Source: an uncultured virus (IMG/VR IMGVR_UViG_3300044637_000715) (Duplodnaviria > Heunggongvirae > Uroviricota > Caudoviricetes). Taken from it: a stretch of DNA of 64,000 nucleotides. The stretch is taken from IMG/VR virus record IMGVR_UViG_3300044637_000715, one strand, 5' to 3'. The notes beneath the pieces are model-generated. The model was given only the letters and a program-made list of their open reading frames with translations, did no database searches and was not told where the DNA came from. The position numbers were made by a program, and so were the translations under genes. How positions within the stretch are numbered: position 1 is the first letter of the stretch; the number at the start of each line of letters is the position of its first letter. Of this stretch, positions 32,607 to 41,915 are shown piece by piece.

Positions 32607-34865
32607 ATGGCGAAACTAGGAATATTTACTGGAACCTCACCAAATGATAGCACTGGAGATACTTTGTCTCAAGGTGCTATCAAGATTAATAGTAACTTTA
32701 GTGAAATTTATAGTGCCATTGGAGATGGAACAAATATAACAAATAGTATTGGATATGCAAGTACTGCTGGAATTGCAACCAATGTAATTGGTGGAATTGC
32801 TTCTGTTACTACTTTTAGTGCTTCTGGTATTTCCACAGTATCCTCAAGCAATCTTAAGATTAGAAATCCAGCAAATACTTTTGAGTATTCTATTACGGCA
32901 TCTGCAATTACTGCAGATAGAACTATCACATTGCCTTTGATTACTAGTACAGACACATTTGCAACTTTAGGTGTTACTCAAACTTTTACTGGTGCTAAAA
33001 CATTTGGCAGTGCTGCATTTACATTATCTCAAACTACTCAAACTATTGATTTGGGAAGTACCCAAACAACAGGAACTTGGACTGCTGGTGGAACTAATCA
33101 AACTGGTTCAGTAACTCTTGGTATATCTACTAATTCCCAAACAGTTAATATTGCAACTGGTATTGGGTTATCTCAAACCACAAAGACAATAAACATTGGT
33201 ACTGGTAGTAGTGGAATTACTAGAATTAACGTAGGTTCTGCAGCAACCACTGGAATCGGTACTTTTGTGATCAATCCTGGAATGAATGTTGGAATTGGAT
33301 CAACAATTCCATTGTATACTCTTGATGTTTCTGGTGATATTCGTTCGACTGGAACAATTTATGGAAATGTATCTGGATCTATATCTGTTGCAACGACAGC
33401 AACAAATGTAATTGGTGGTATTGCTTCTGTTACTAACCTAACAGTATCTGGCATCACAACTCTTGGAATAGCAACAGCATCTCAACTTCAAGTTACTGGA
33501 CTTTCTACATTCACAAATGGACCAGTATTAGTAGGAAGAGCAACAACAACGGGAACAGCAAATCAAGCACTTCAAGTAGAAAGTGGTGCTTATTTTAATG
33601 GTTCTATTGGTATAGGAACCACAAATCCATCAGAAAAATTATCAGTATATGGTGCTGTAGAATCATTATATGATACTGTTGGTGAAGGTGGGCAGTTTAT
33701 TTTAAGAGGAAAAACTGGAACTCCTATTCGTTGGAATATTGATAATTATTCTGTTGGTGTTACTACCAATTTGTTTAGAATTTTCAAAGAAGATAATTCA
33801 ACAGCAGGTGCTGGTGGTAGAGTATATGTTGGAATTACTACTATTGGTGAATTTATAATTGGTGATGGTGCTGGTGCTTTATTTCCAACAGGAACCGCAA
33901 ATCAACAGTTTCAAGTTCAAAGTAGTGCTTATATACAAAATAATTTAGGAATTGGAACCACAAATCCAACATCTTCACTGTCTGTAGATGGTTCAACGGT
34001 AATTGGAACAGAAATATTAAATATGACTGGTTTATCCAGCACATTTACAACTGTTGGAAGTAATACTTTTACTGTTCCTGCTGGTGTAACAAAGATTTCT
34101 GCTGTATTGATTGGTGGTGGTGGAGCAGGTGGTGGTGGTTCTGCTGGTGGTAGTGGTTCTGGAGGTCAAGGAGGAGGAGGTGGAGGTCTAAGATATATTA
34201 ATGATTTTCCAGTAACTCCAGGACAAACTCTGACTATTATTGTTGGTGCTGGTGGAAATGGAGGAACTGGTGCTGGTGGAAATGGTGCTAATAGTGAAAT
34301 AGTAGGAGTTGCTACCGCATTTGGAGGAACAGGTGGTGCTGCAGATTATACAGGAACAGTTGGTACTGGTGGCACTGGAAGTATTATTGCTGGAAATATT
34401 GGTGGATCATCTGGTGGTAATGGTGGTACTGCAACATTAACAACTGGTGCTGGAGGTGGAGGTTCTGCTGGATATAGTGGCAATGGGGGATCTGGCGGAA
34501 ATGGTTCAATAACTAATGGTGGAGTTGCTGGATCTGGTGGTGGAGCAGGTGGTGGTGGTGCCCCCACTGCATCTGGATCTGGTGGTGGTGGAGTTGGAGT
34601 ATTAGGTCTAGGATCTTCTGGTTCATTATCAAATGGTGCAGGAAATGCTGGTTCTGGTGGATCAAATGGATCAACTGGAAATACAAATAATGGTGCTGCT
34701 GGTGGATTGTATGGAGGCGGTGGTGGTGGTGCTGATGGTAATGCTGGTTCAGTCACTAGTGGCGGAAATGGGGCACAAGGAATTGTGAGAATTGTATGGT
34801 CTCCAAGTTCTAAGTTTTCTAGATTATTCCCAACAAATCAGGTTGGAAACAATATAAATCAATAA
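32607..34865 (+). CDS. fibre-like protein with gp9/gp10-type N-terminus and Gly-rich C-terminal domain
   Basis: TGTSPNDSTGDTLSQGAIKINSNFSEIY; GIGTTNP repeats; FTVPAGV...GGGG...G.QGIVRIVW; ATAAATA 32576. Confidence 0.8.
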   Translation: MAKLGIFTGTSPNDSTGDTLSQGAIKINSNFSEIYSAIGDGTNITNSIGYASTAGIATNVIGGIASVTTFSASGISTVSSSNLKIRNPANTFEYSITASAITADRTITLPLITSTDTFATLGVTQTFTGAKTFGSAAFTLSQTTQTIDLGSTQTTGTWTAGGTNQTGSVTLGISTNSQTVNIATGIGLSQTTKTINIGTGSSGITRINVGSAATTGIGTFVINPGMNVGIGSTIPLYTLDVSGDIRSTGTIYGNVSGSISVATTATNVIGGIASVTNLTVSGITTLGIATASQLQVTGLSTFTNGPVLVGRATTTGTANQALQVESGAYFNGSIGIGTTNPSEKLSVYGAVESLYDTVGEGGQFILRGKTGTPIRWNIDNYSVGVTTNLFRIFKEDNSTAGAGGRVYVGITTIGEFIIGDGAGALFPTGTANQQFQVQSSAYIQNNLGIGTTNPTSSLSVDGSTVIGTEILNMTGLSSTFTTVGSNTFTVPAGVTKISAVLIGGGGAGGGGSAGGSGSGGQGGGGGGLRYINDFPVTPGQTLTIIVGAGGNGGTGAGGNGANSEIVGVATAFGGTGGAADYTGTVGTGGTGSIIAGNIGGSSGGNGGTATLTTGAGGGGSAGYSGNGGSGGNGSITNGGVAGSGGGAGGGGAPTASGSGGGGVGVLGLGSSGSLSNGAGNAGSGGSNGSTGNTNNGAAGGLYGGGGGGADGNAGSVTSGGNGAQGIVRIVWSPSSKFSRLFPTNQVGNNINQ

Positions 34866-34880
34866 AGGTATTAAAGAAAA

Positions 34881-35237
34881 ATGGCAAACAACACAGGAAC
34901 ATTTTTTAATATTAATGATAATGACGGAATACCTTTAGTTGGTGTTTCTACTGATGGTAAAGTGATGATTAATCACCTTTATGGAAACTGTTTAATTGGT
35001 TCTACATCAGTGACAGGAACCTCATCACAACCTCTTCAAGTTACTGGTGGTGCTTATGTTTCCGATAGTGTTGGAATAGGAACCACAAATCCATCATCAA
35101 AACTTCAAGTTGTTGGTGGAGATATAAGAGTTGGCATTAATACATCTCAAGGTATTATTTTGACTTCAGCAAATGGAACCAAATATAGATTGATAGTAAG
35201 TGATGCTGGCACTTTAAGTACAGTTTTAGTTCCATAA
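34881..35237 (+). CDS. small fibre-associated protein
   Basis: QPLQVTGGAYV..VGIGTTNP and IILTSANGTKYRLIVSDAGTLST. Confidence 0.7.
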   Translation: MANNTGTFFNINDNDGIPLVGVSTDGKVMINHLYGNCLIGSTSVTGTSSQPLQVTGGAYVSDSVGIGTTNPSSKLQVVGGDIRVGINTSQGIILTSANGTKYRLIVSDAGTLSTVLVP

Positions 35238-35296
35238 TATTTTCTATTTTTTAATACCCAATAAATATAAAAAGAAAAGAGTAGTTTTTCGTAATA

Positions 35297-38200
35297 ATGC
35301 GAACAGTTCCAGGGTCAGGTGCAATTCTTCAACCAGAATTTGAAACAGAGTTTTATTCTGTCTCAAATATTGTTGTGGTTAATGGTGGTTCTGGATATGC
35401 TTCAACTGACCCACCAAAAATCACCATACAAGATACACAAACACCAGTAGTAGAAGGAGTTTTTTATCCTGTAATATCTGGTGGTTCCATTCAAAGTGTA
35501 AAAATAATTAATGCTGGATCTGGTTATTATCCAATAACAACTGAATCGCAAACAAAAATTGGCATTGAAACATCATCTTTAGTTGAACCGCAATTTGTGA
35601 CTAAGGAATATAATGGCGGAATTATAATGGATGTTAGTGGTGGTATTGGAAGTGCAATATTTGAAAATGGTTATAATGTAGCAATTAGCACAACAATCAC
35701 TGGAATTTCAACTTTAATCCCATATGCATCAAGTCGCATTTATGGATTTGGAAATCCAATTCCTGCAGATACAGTTTCTGGCATTGGAACTGGTGCAAAA
35801 TTTGAAGTTTGGATTACTTATGATGGTTCAGCAACTGGTAACCCAATTTCAACATCAATTATTTTAAAAGATGGTGGAAGAGGATATGGAATAGGAAATA
35901 CAGTTTCAATTGCTGGAACTTATCTTGGTGGAACAAATCCAACCAATACGTTATCATTTAATGTATCTAAAGTTTCTAGTACAGCAATAGTATCAGCAGC
36001 AAATTCATCATATACTGGTATCGCTGGCACTACAATAGTTGGTGTTGGTTCTGGTGCAACATTTAATATATCAAGAGATTCCGCAGGAAAAATTAGTTCA
36101 GTTGAAGTTGCGAGTGGTGGAAGAAATTATTCAATAGGAGTTGTTGGTGTTGGTACATCATTCACGTCTTCAACTCCTACTGATATTATAAGTATTGCTG
36201 GAACATATATTGGTGGTTCTACTCCAGAAGACAATTTATTTGTTTCCCCAACAGTTCTTGGAACTGACATTCTTCCAAATATTTTGTATGTTGATAAAAT
36301 AGATGATAATAATTTTAAAGTATCTGGACTATCAACTTCTTCTTATTTGAATTTTGTAAATTATGGTATTGGTTCTAATTCATTTACTTATCCTGAACCA
36401 AATTCGAGTGCTATAATTACAATTGATAATATTATTCAATCACCATTATATAGAAGAGGAATTACATTATATTTAAACGCTCCGATTGGGATTGGAAATA
36501 CAATTTATTTAAACTCTGGAATTTCTTCATTGACATCTTTAGATGTTTTGATGGTTAATTCCGAATTAATGAAAATAAGATCTATTGGAATTGGTTCCAC
36601 AAATAGTGTTATTGTAGATAGAGCATATTATGGAACAGTTTCTGCATCCCATACTGTTGGATCAGCAGTTACTGTAATGAGAGGTGATTTTAATATTGTT
36701 AAGGATACAATTTATTTTACCGATCCACCATACGGAAAAATAGGACCAGAAGGATTATCAACAAGTTCATATTTTCAAGGAAGAATTTTTTCAAGAAGAT
36801 TTGATCCAGGAAATACATCAGATAAAAACTTAATTATTGATGACATTTCCAGAGATTTTACTGGAAAGGCAACAATAGTAGGAATTAAAACAGGAACTCT
36901 AAATTCTTCAAATAAAAATATAATTAGTGGAATCGATACATCATCTTTAAGTTTGGGAGATGTTTTAAATTTACAATATACCGAAAATCAATATATTATA
37001 AGAAATACAGTTATACAATCCATAGGTATTGAGTCAATTACAATTGCACCAAACCATAATGTAAATATTGGAATTGCTACAACAACATTCAATATTACAA
37101 GATTAAATTTTGTATTAAAATCAAATGGTGAAAATATATCTGGACTATATTCTGATACTAATAGCTCTTCAAGTATAAACAATAATCCATTCATTCTATT
37201 GAATAATATTTCTCAAGTATCGGATGGTGATTTCATTATTGATACTGAAGGAAATAATACTATTAAGTTTGTGAGTGGTGTTCCAAATGCTGGAAAAATT
37301 GTTAGAGTTGCAATTAGTACTGGATATGGTTATCAGCCACTCGTAGGTGCTTCTGCAACAGTTTCTGTGTCTGCTGCTGGTACAATATCAAATATTTACT
37401 TAACTGGTGCTGGAAGTGGGTATAGAACTGCTCCAATAATTAGTGTTGCTTCTACAATTGGTAGTGGTGCTACAATTACTGCTTCAATTGGATCTGGGGG
37501 AACAATAACTTCATTAAGCATTACGAATCCAGGTTCTGGATATACAACTGCAGCAAAACCAAGCATCGAAATACCAATTCCACCAAATTATAGCAATCTT
37601 GGTGTTGCTTATACTGGTGGTTCTAGTGGTGTTGGTGAAGGAGCAAAGGTTTCTGTCATTGTAAGTAATGGTTCTAGTATTACTGGATTTAATTTAGATG
37701 ATCCTGGATATGGTTACAAAGTTGGGGAAATATTAACAGTTGTTGGTGTTACCACAAATCCATTGGTTGGAGTGGGATTTAGTGAATTTAGAATGACTAT
37801 TTTAGAAACATTCACAGATAAATTTGGTGGATTTTATCCAGGTCAATTTGTTAGAATTAATAGTCTTACACCAAATTTTACTGGAAAAAAACGTAAATTT
37901 TTACTGACCGTTACAACTTTTGGTGTAACAGATACTTTTTCAGTAAGAGCAGATCCAAATTCGGATTTAAAAGTTACAAATAACTTTTTTGTTTTTATAA
38001 ATGATATTTTACAAAAACCAGAGGAATCTTATAAAATAATTGGTTCACAAATAATTTTCAGTGAGGCACCAAAACCAAATTCAAAATGTTTAATTTTATA
38101 TTATAGAGGATCTGATTTAGATGTAGATCAAGTTGATCCACCAAGAACAATTAAAGAGGGGGATTCAATTCAAATTGGAGAAAATATATTAGATTTATAT

Positions 38201-40321
38201 GATAGAGAACAGTTTGAACGTGTTGTTAAAAAAATTGTTTCTGAAGATGCATTTGATACATTTCCTTACGATAGCATTGGTATCAATATCGATCCAAACA
38301 AAGCAAGACCTATTAGTTGGACTAAACAGACAAGAGACAAAATTATAAATGGGGTTTTATATACAAAAGGAAGACCAGATTTAAAATCAAGAAATGTACC
38401 GACAACAAGAATAATCAAATCAGTATCAAAAAACGATATAACGATATATGTAAATAATGCTTTTCCATTATTTGTGGAAGATATTGGAAGAGGACTGACA
38501 GAGGAATTGAGAGATATTATTGTTCTTGATAATAATATAATTGATTCTGCATCTGGAATTGCAAATGTTTCTGCTGCTTCAACTGTTTCAAGTATTACAA
38601 TTGAAAATTCTGGTTCTGGATATAAGGTTACAAATCCAACAGTTGCAATTTCATCATCATTTGTAACAAAAAAAGATCCAATTTATAATTGGAAAGGAAC
38701 TTCTGGCATAAGTACGAATTATGAAATAAAGTCAATAATTTATGGAAATATTTTTGTTGGTGTTGGTTCAAGTAGTCTTTTGATTAAAGGTGTGGATGGA
38801 ATTTCTTGGTCGAATAGTAGTATTGGATATGGAAACACAATATCATTTAATTCTGTTGCATTTGCAGGAACAAATACTTATGTTGCTGTAGGACAAACTG
38901 GAAAAATTGTAACGGCAACTGGTATTGTAACAACATTGACATCTTCTTGGACGGAGTGCAAATTGACCAATCAAACTATTAACTTTGTAAGTAATGTTGC
39001 TACTAATATTCCTAGCACATATACAGGTGAGTTTAAAGATATTGCATATTCGTCATCCAAAAATACCTTTGTTGCTGTTGGTGCAGTTGGCACAGGAACA
39101 TCTATTCCAATTTTTACAGCTGTTGGAATTGGAACCACAGAATTTTTTGAAAAAAATAAAACAAACACAACAAATCTAAATTCAATAACAAATAATGATA
39201 GCATTTTTGTTACAGTTGGTGATAGTGGAACAATTTATTATTCATTTGATACAGAAACTTGGTCTATTGTTGGTGATTCATTAAAACCAACTACGCAAAA
39301 TTTGAATAAAGTTATATGGGATGGGACAAAATTTGTTGCAGTCGGAAATAATGCAACAATTATAACATCTCAAAATGGAATAACTTGGGGATTACAGAAT
39401 ACAAATATCACAAATAATTTTACAAATATAAACTATTATGATAGTGTTTATGCTGCATTAGATGATAATGGAGATTTATATTATTCATTAGATTTATCAA
39501 ATTGGGAAAAAAGAACAACAAATCAATCAAATGCAATTAAAGATTTAATTTTTGTTCCATCATTAAGTTATGAAGGAAGATACGTTATAGTTGGTTCTGC
39601 TGCGACAATTATGTATTCAGAACCAGTTTACAATTGGGCAACAGCAACTTCTTCGACTACTAATGGTATTGTAACTTCAGTAACAATTACAAATGGTGGA
39701 TTTGGTTATACGCAAACAAATATTCCTCCTGTTATTTTTGAAAGTGAAAAACCAAATAGAGAAAAGGTATATTCAATAAAAGCAAAAGGTGATTTTGGCA
39801 CAATAATTGGTATTAACACTATAGGAATTGGATTGTCTTCTTTAGAATTTAAATTAAAGTCAGAAACTTATGATAATACTACTCTTGGTATTGGTTATTC
39901 CGCACTTAATACATTTGGTGTAACATATAGTCAGTTGGAACAAGGTGATTATTTTGTGATTTATGATAGCAACGTAACTTCTGGATATGCTTTAACAGGA
40001 ATAACAACTACCACTGGAATTAAAGTTGGAACAGCAACTTCATTTATTGATGGTCTCTACAGAGTAGAAAATGTTACAACTCCATCATCTGGAATAGTAA
40101 CTGTAAGATGTGATTTTGTTCCTGTTCCAAATGGTGTAGATAAAGCAATAAATCTTGGAATTAATACAACTGGATTCTATGGAAGATATACCTGGAGTAA
40201 AATATATGATTATCAAAATAGAGCAAGAGAAAATCCAAAAGATTTTATTGTAAATACTAACAATGGATTAACTGGATTGTCCACAGCAGCAGAAGTTTAT
40301 AGAACTCGTGGTTTAATTTAG
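35297..40321 (+). CDS. large virion structural protein, gp7-like (C-terminal part)
   Basis: GSGY repeats; beta-propeller-like FVAVG/SxDGxxW repeats; directly precedes gp8; ATAAATA 35261. Confidence 0.75.
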   Translation: MRTVPGSGAILQPEFETEFYSVSNIVVVNGGSGYASTDPPKITIQDTQTPVVEGVFYPVISGGSIQSVKIINAGSGYYPITTESQTKIGIETSSLVEPQFVTKEYNGGIIMDVSGGIGSAIFENGYNVAISTTITGISTLIPYASSRIYGFGNPIPADTVSGIGTGAKFEVWITYDGSATGNPISTSIILKDGGRGYGIGNTVSIAGTYLGGTNPTNTLSFNVSKVSSTAIVSAANSSYTGIAGTTIVGVGSGATFNISRDSAGKISSVEVASGGRNYSIGVVGVGTSFTSSTPTDIISIAGTYIGGSTPEDNLFVSPTVLGTDILPNILYVDKIDDNNFKVSGLSTSSYLNFVNYGIGSNSFTYPEPNSSAIITIDNIIQSPLYRRGITLYLNAPIGIGNTIYLNSGISSLTSLDVLMVNSELMKIRSIGIGSTNSVIVDRAYYGTVSASHTVGSAVTVMRGDFNIVKDTIYFTDPPYGKIGPEGLSTSSYFQGRIFSRRFDPGNTSDKNLIIDDISRDFTGKATIVGIKTGTLNSSNKNIISGIDTSSLSLGDVLNLQYTENQYIIRNTVIQSIGIESITIAPNHNVNIGIATTTFNITRLNFVLKSNGENISGLYSDTNSSSSINNNPFILLNNISQVSDGDFIIDTEGNNTIKFVSGVPNAGKIVRVAISTGYGYQPLVGASATVSVSAAGTISNIYLTGAGSGYRTAPIISVASTIGSGATITASIGSGGTITSLSITNPGSGYTTAAKPSIEIPIPPNYSNLGVAYTGGSSGVGEGAKVSVIVSNGSSITGFNLDDPGYGYKVGEILTVVGVTTNPLVGVGFSEFRMTILETFTDKFGGFYPGQFVRINSLTPNFTGKKRKFLLTVTTFGVTDTFSVRADPNSDLKVTNNFFVFINDILQKPEESYKIIGSQIIFSEAPKPNSKCLILYYRGSDLDVDQVDPPRTIKEGDSIQIGENILDLYDREQFERVVKKIVSEDAFDTFPYDSIGINIDPNKARPISWTKQTRDKIINGVLYTKGRPDLKSRNVPTTRIIKSVSKNDITIYVNNAFPLFVEDIGRGLTEELRDIIVLDNNIIDSASGIANVSAASTVSSITIENSGSGYKVTNPTVAISSSFVTKKDPIYNWKGTSGISTNYEIKSIIYGNIFVGVGSSSLLIKGVDGISWSNSSIGYGNTISFNSVAFAGTNTYVAVGQTGKIVTATGIVTTLTSSWTECKLTNQTINFVSNVATNIPSTYTGEFKDIAYSSSKNTFVAVGAVGTGTSIPIFTAVGIGTTEFFEKNKTNTTNLNSITNNDSIFVTVGDSGTIYYSFDTETWSIVGDSLKPTTQNLNKVIWDGTKFVAVGNNATIITSQNGITWGLQNTNITNNFTNINYYDSVYAALDDNGDLYYSLDLSNWEKRTTNQSNAIKDLIFVPSLSYEGRYVIVGSAATIMYSEPVYNWATATSSTTNGIVTSVTITNGGFGYTQTNIPPVIFESEKPNREKVYSIKAKGDFGTIIGINTIGIGLSSLEFKLKSETYDNTTLGIGYSALNTFGVTYSQLEQGDYFVIYDSNVTSGYALTGITTTTGIKVGTATSFIDGLYRVENVTTPSSGIVTVRCDFVPVPNGVDKAINLGINTTGFYGRYTWSKIYDYQNRARENPKDFIVNTNNGLTGLSTAAEVYRTRGLI

Positions 40322-40352
40322 TAATAAATAGAAAAAAAAGTATACGATTAAA

Positions 40353-41909
40353 ATGTCTGCAATTATATCAGATCAATTTAGGATAATTAATGCTGAGACT
40401 TTCATAAAAAGTCTTATTGGTGTTGGGGATACGGCAAACACTTATTATACTTTTATCGGGCAACCAAATGCGTTAAATTCTCAGGCAAATGGTTCGGCAT
40501 CTTGGGGTGATGGGTTGCCTCCATTGGATGGTTTTAAAGAAGAAAATGAAATAAAAGAAACCATCATTTCTATGAAAAAAGTCACTCAAAGTGATGTGAG
40601 AAGAATGGTTAGAAAAAATACTTGGCAAAGTGGGTCTACTTATGAAATGTATAGACATGATTATACAATCTATAACTTATCATCAGTTACAAATTCCTCA
40701 TCTTTGTATGATGCAAATTATTATGTAATTAATGATGATTTGAGAGTTTATATTTGCTTGCAAAATGGTGCAGACCCAGAAAATCCAAGGGGGAAACCAT
40801 CTGTAGATAAACCAGAATTTGTAGATTTGGAACCAAGACCTGCTGGAACAAGTGGAGATGGTTATATTTGGAAATACCTTTATACTATCAAACCATCAGA
40901 AATTGTAAAATTTGATTCTATTGAATTCATTCCTGTTCCTGAAGATTGGGGAACAGTTGGTGAAAGTATTTCGACAAAAAATAATGCAATTGATGGGAAA
41001 ATTCAAATCATAACTATAAAAAATAGAGGTTCTGGATATTCTCCGATTTCAAAAACATTTACAAATATTCCAATTCTTGGTGATGGGTCTGGGGGAAAAG
41101 CAACGATTATAATTGATTCTTTTGGAAAAGTTTCAGATGCTTATGTGTCTGATGGTGGAACTGGTTATACTAAAGGAATTATTCAATTTGAACCAGGAGC
41201 ACCAGGAATCCCAGATGAATTAACAAATACTGGAACAATTGCTAGTTTTGATGTGATTATTCCTCCAAAGGGAGGTCATGGATATGACATTTATAGAGAA
41301 CTTGGTGCTTATAGAGTTTTAGTTTATTCTCGTTATAATACTGATGAGACAAATCCTGATACTATTATTGGAAATGATTTTGCTAGAATTGGAATCATCA
41401 AAAATCCAACAAAAGTGACTAGCACCACCGAACCATTAGATATTGCAGAAGTAAGTGGTCTGAAGGCATTGAAATTGACTGGTGCTGCTACGACATTAAC
41501 AACTTATGCTGTCGATTCAACCATCACTCAAACAATTAGCACTGGAACTGTTGCAATTGGATTTGTTGCTTCGTGGGACAATGTAACAGGGGTCTTAAAG
41601 TATTATCAACCAGTTGGATTGGCAACAGTTGGTGTTGGATATAAAATTAATGATTTTAGTTCTACTGGTTCATCTTTAGTTGTAAATGGTGCTGCTTCTG
41701 GAACACCATTGAGTATTGATACTTCTTTTACTGGTATTAGTACTGTAATAAATAATAGGACATATCAACTGGGAAGCAACTTTGTTGCTGGTATTGCATC
41801 TGCAGAATATAATAAAAAGTCTGGTGAAATCATTTATATTGATAACAGACCACCGATACCAAGATCAGCAAGTCAAAAAGAAGATATTAAAATCGTTTTG
41901 GAGTTCTAA
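40353..41909 (+). CDS. gp8: baseplate wedge subunit gp8
   Basis: YDANYYV..VYICLQN...DGYIWKYLYTI...SGEIIYIDNRPPI.RSASQKEDIKIVLEF. Confidence 0.93.
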   Translation: MSAIISDQFRIINAETFIKSLIGVGDTANTYYTFIGQPNALNSQANGSASWGDGLPPLDGFKEENEIKETIISMKKVTQSDVRRMVRKNTWQSGSTYEMYRHDYTIYNLSSVTNSSSLYDANYYVINDDLRVYICLQNGADPENPRGKPSVDKPEFVDLEPRPAGTSGDGYIWKYLYTIKPSEIVKFDSIEFIPVPEDWGTVGESISTKNNAIDGKIQIITIKNRGSGYSPISKTFTNIPILGDGSGGKATIIIDSFGKVSDAYVSDGGTGYTKGIIQFEPGAPGIPDELTNTGTIASFDVIIPPKGGHGYDIYRELGAYRVLVYSRYNTDETNPDTIIGNDFARIGIIKNPTKVTSTTEPLDIAEVSGLKALKLTGAATTLTTYAVDSTITQTISTGTVAIGFVASWDNVTGVLKYYQPVGLATVGVGYKINDFSSTGSSLVVNGAASGTPLSIDTSFTGISTVINNRTYQLGSNFVAGIASAEYNKKSGEIIYIDNRPPIPRSASQKEDIKIVLEF

Positions 41910-41915
41910 AGAAAA

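Noticed and set aside
34346..34756. Pro-rich minus-strand ORF
   Set aside because: Antisense shadow of the GGT/GGA glycine-rich domain of the fibre gene
32607..35237. Diversity-generating retroelement template/variable repeat pair
   Set aside because: No reverse transcriptase in the window; repeated modules did not appear to differ specifically at adenines (judged by eye)
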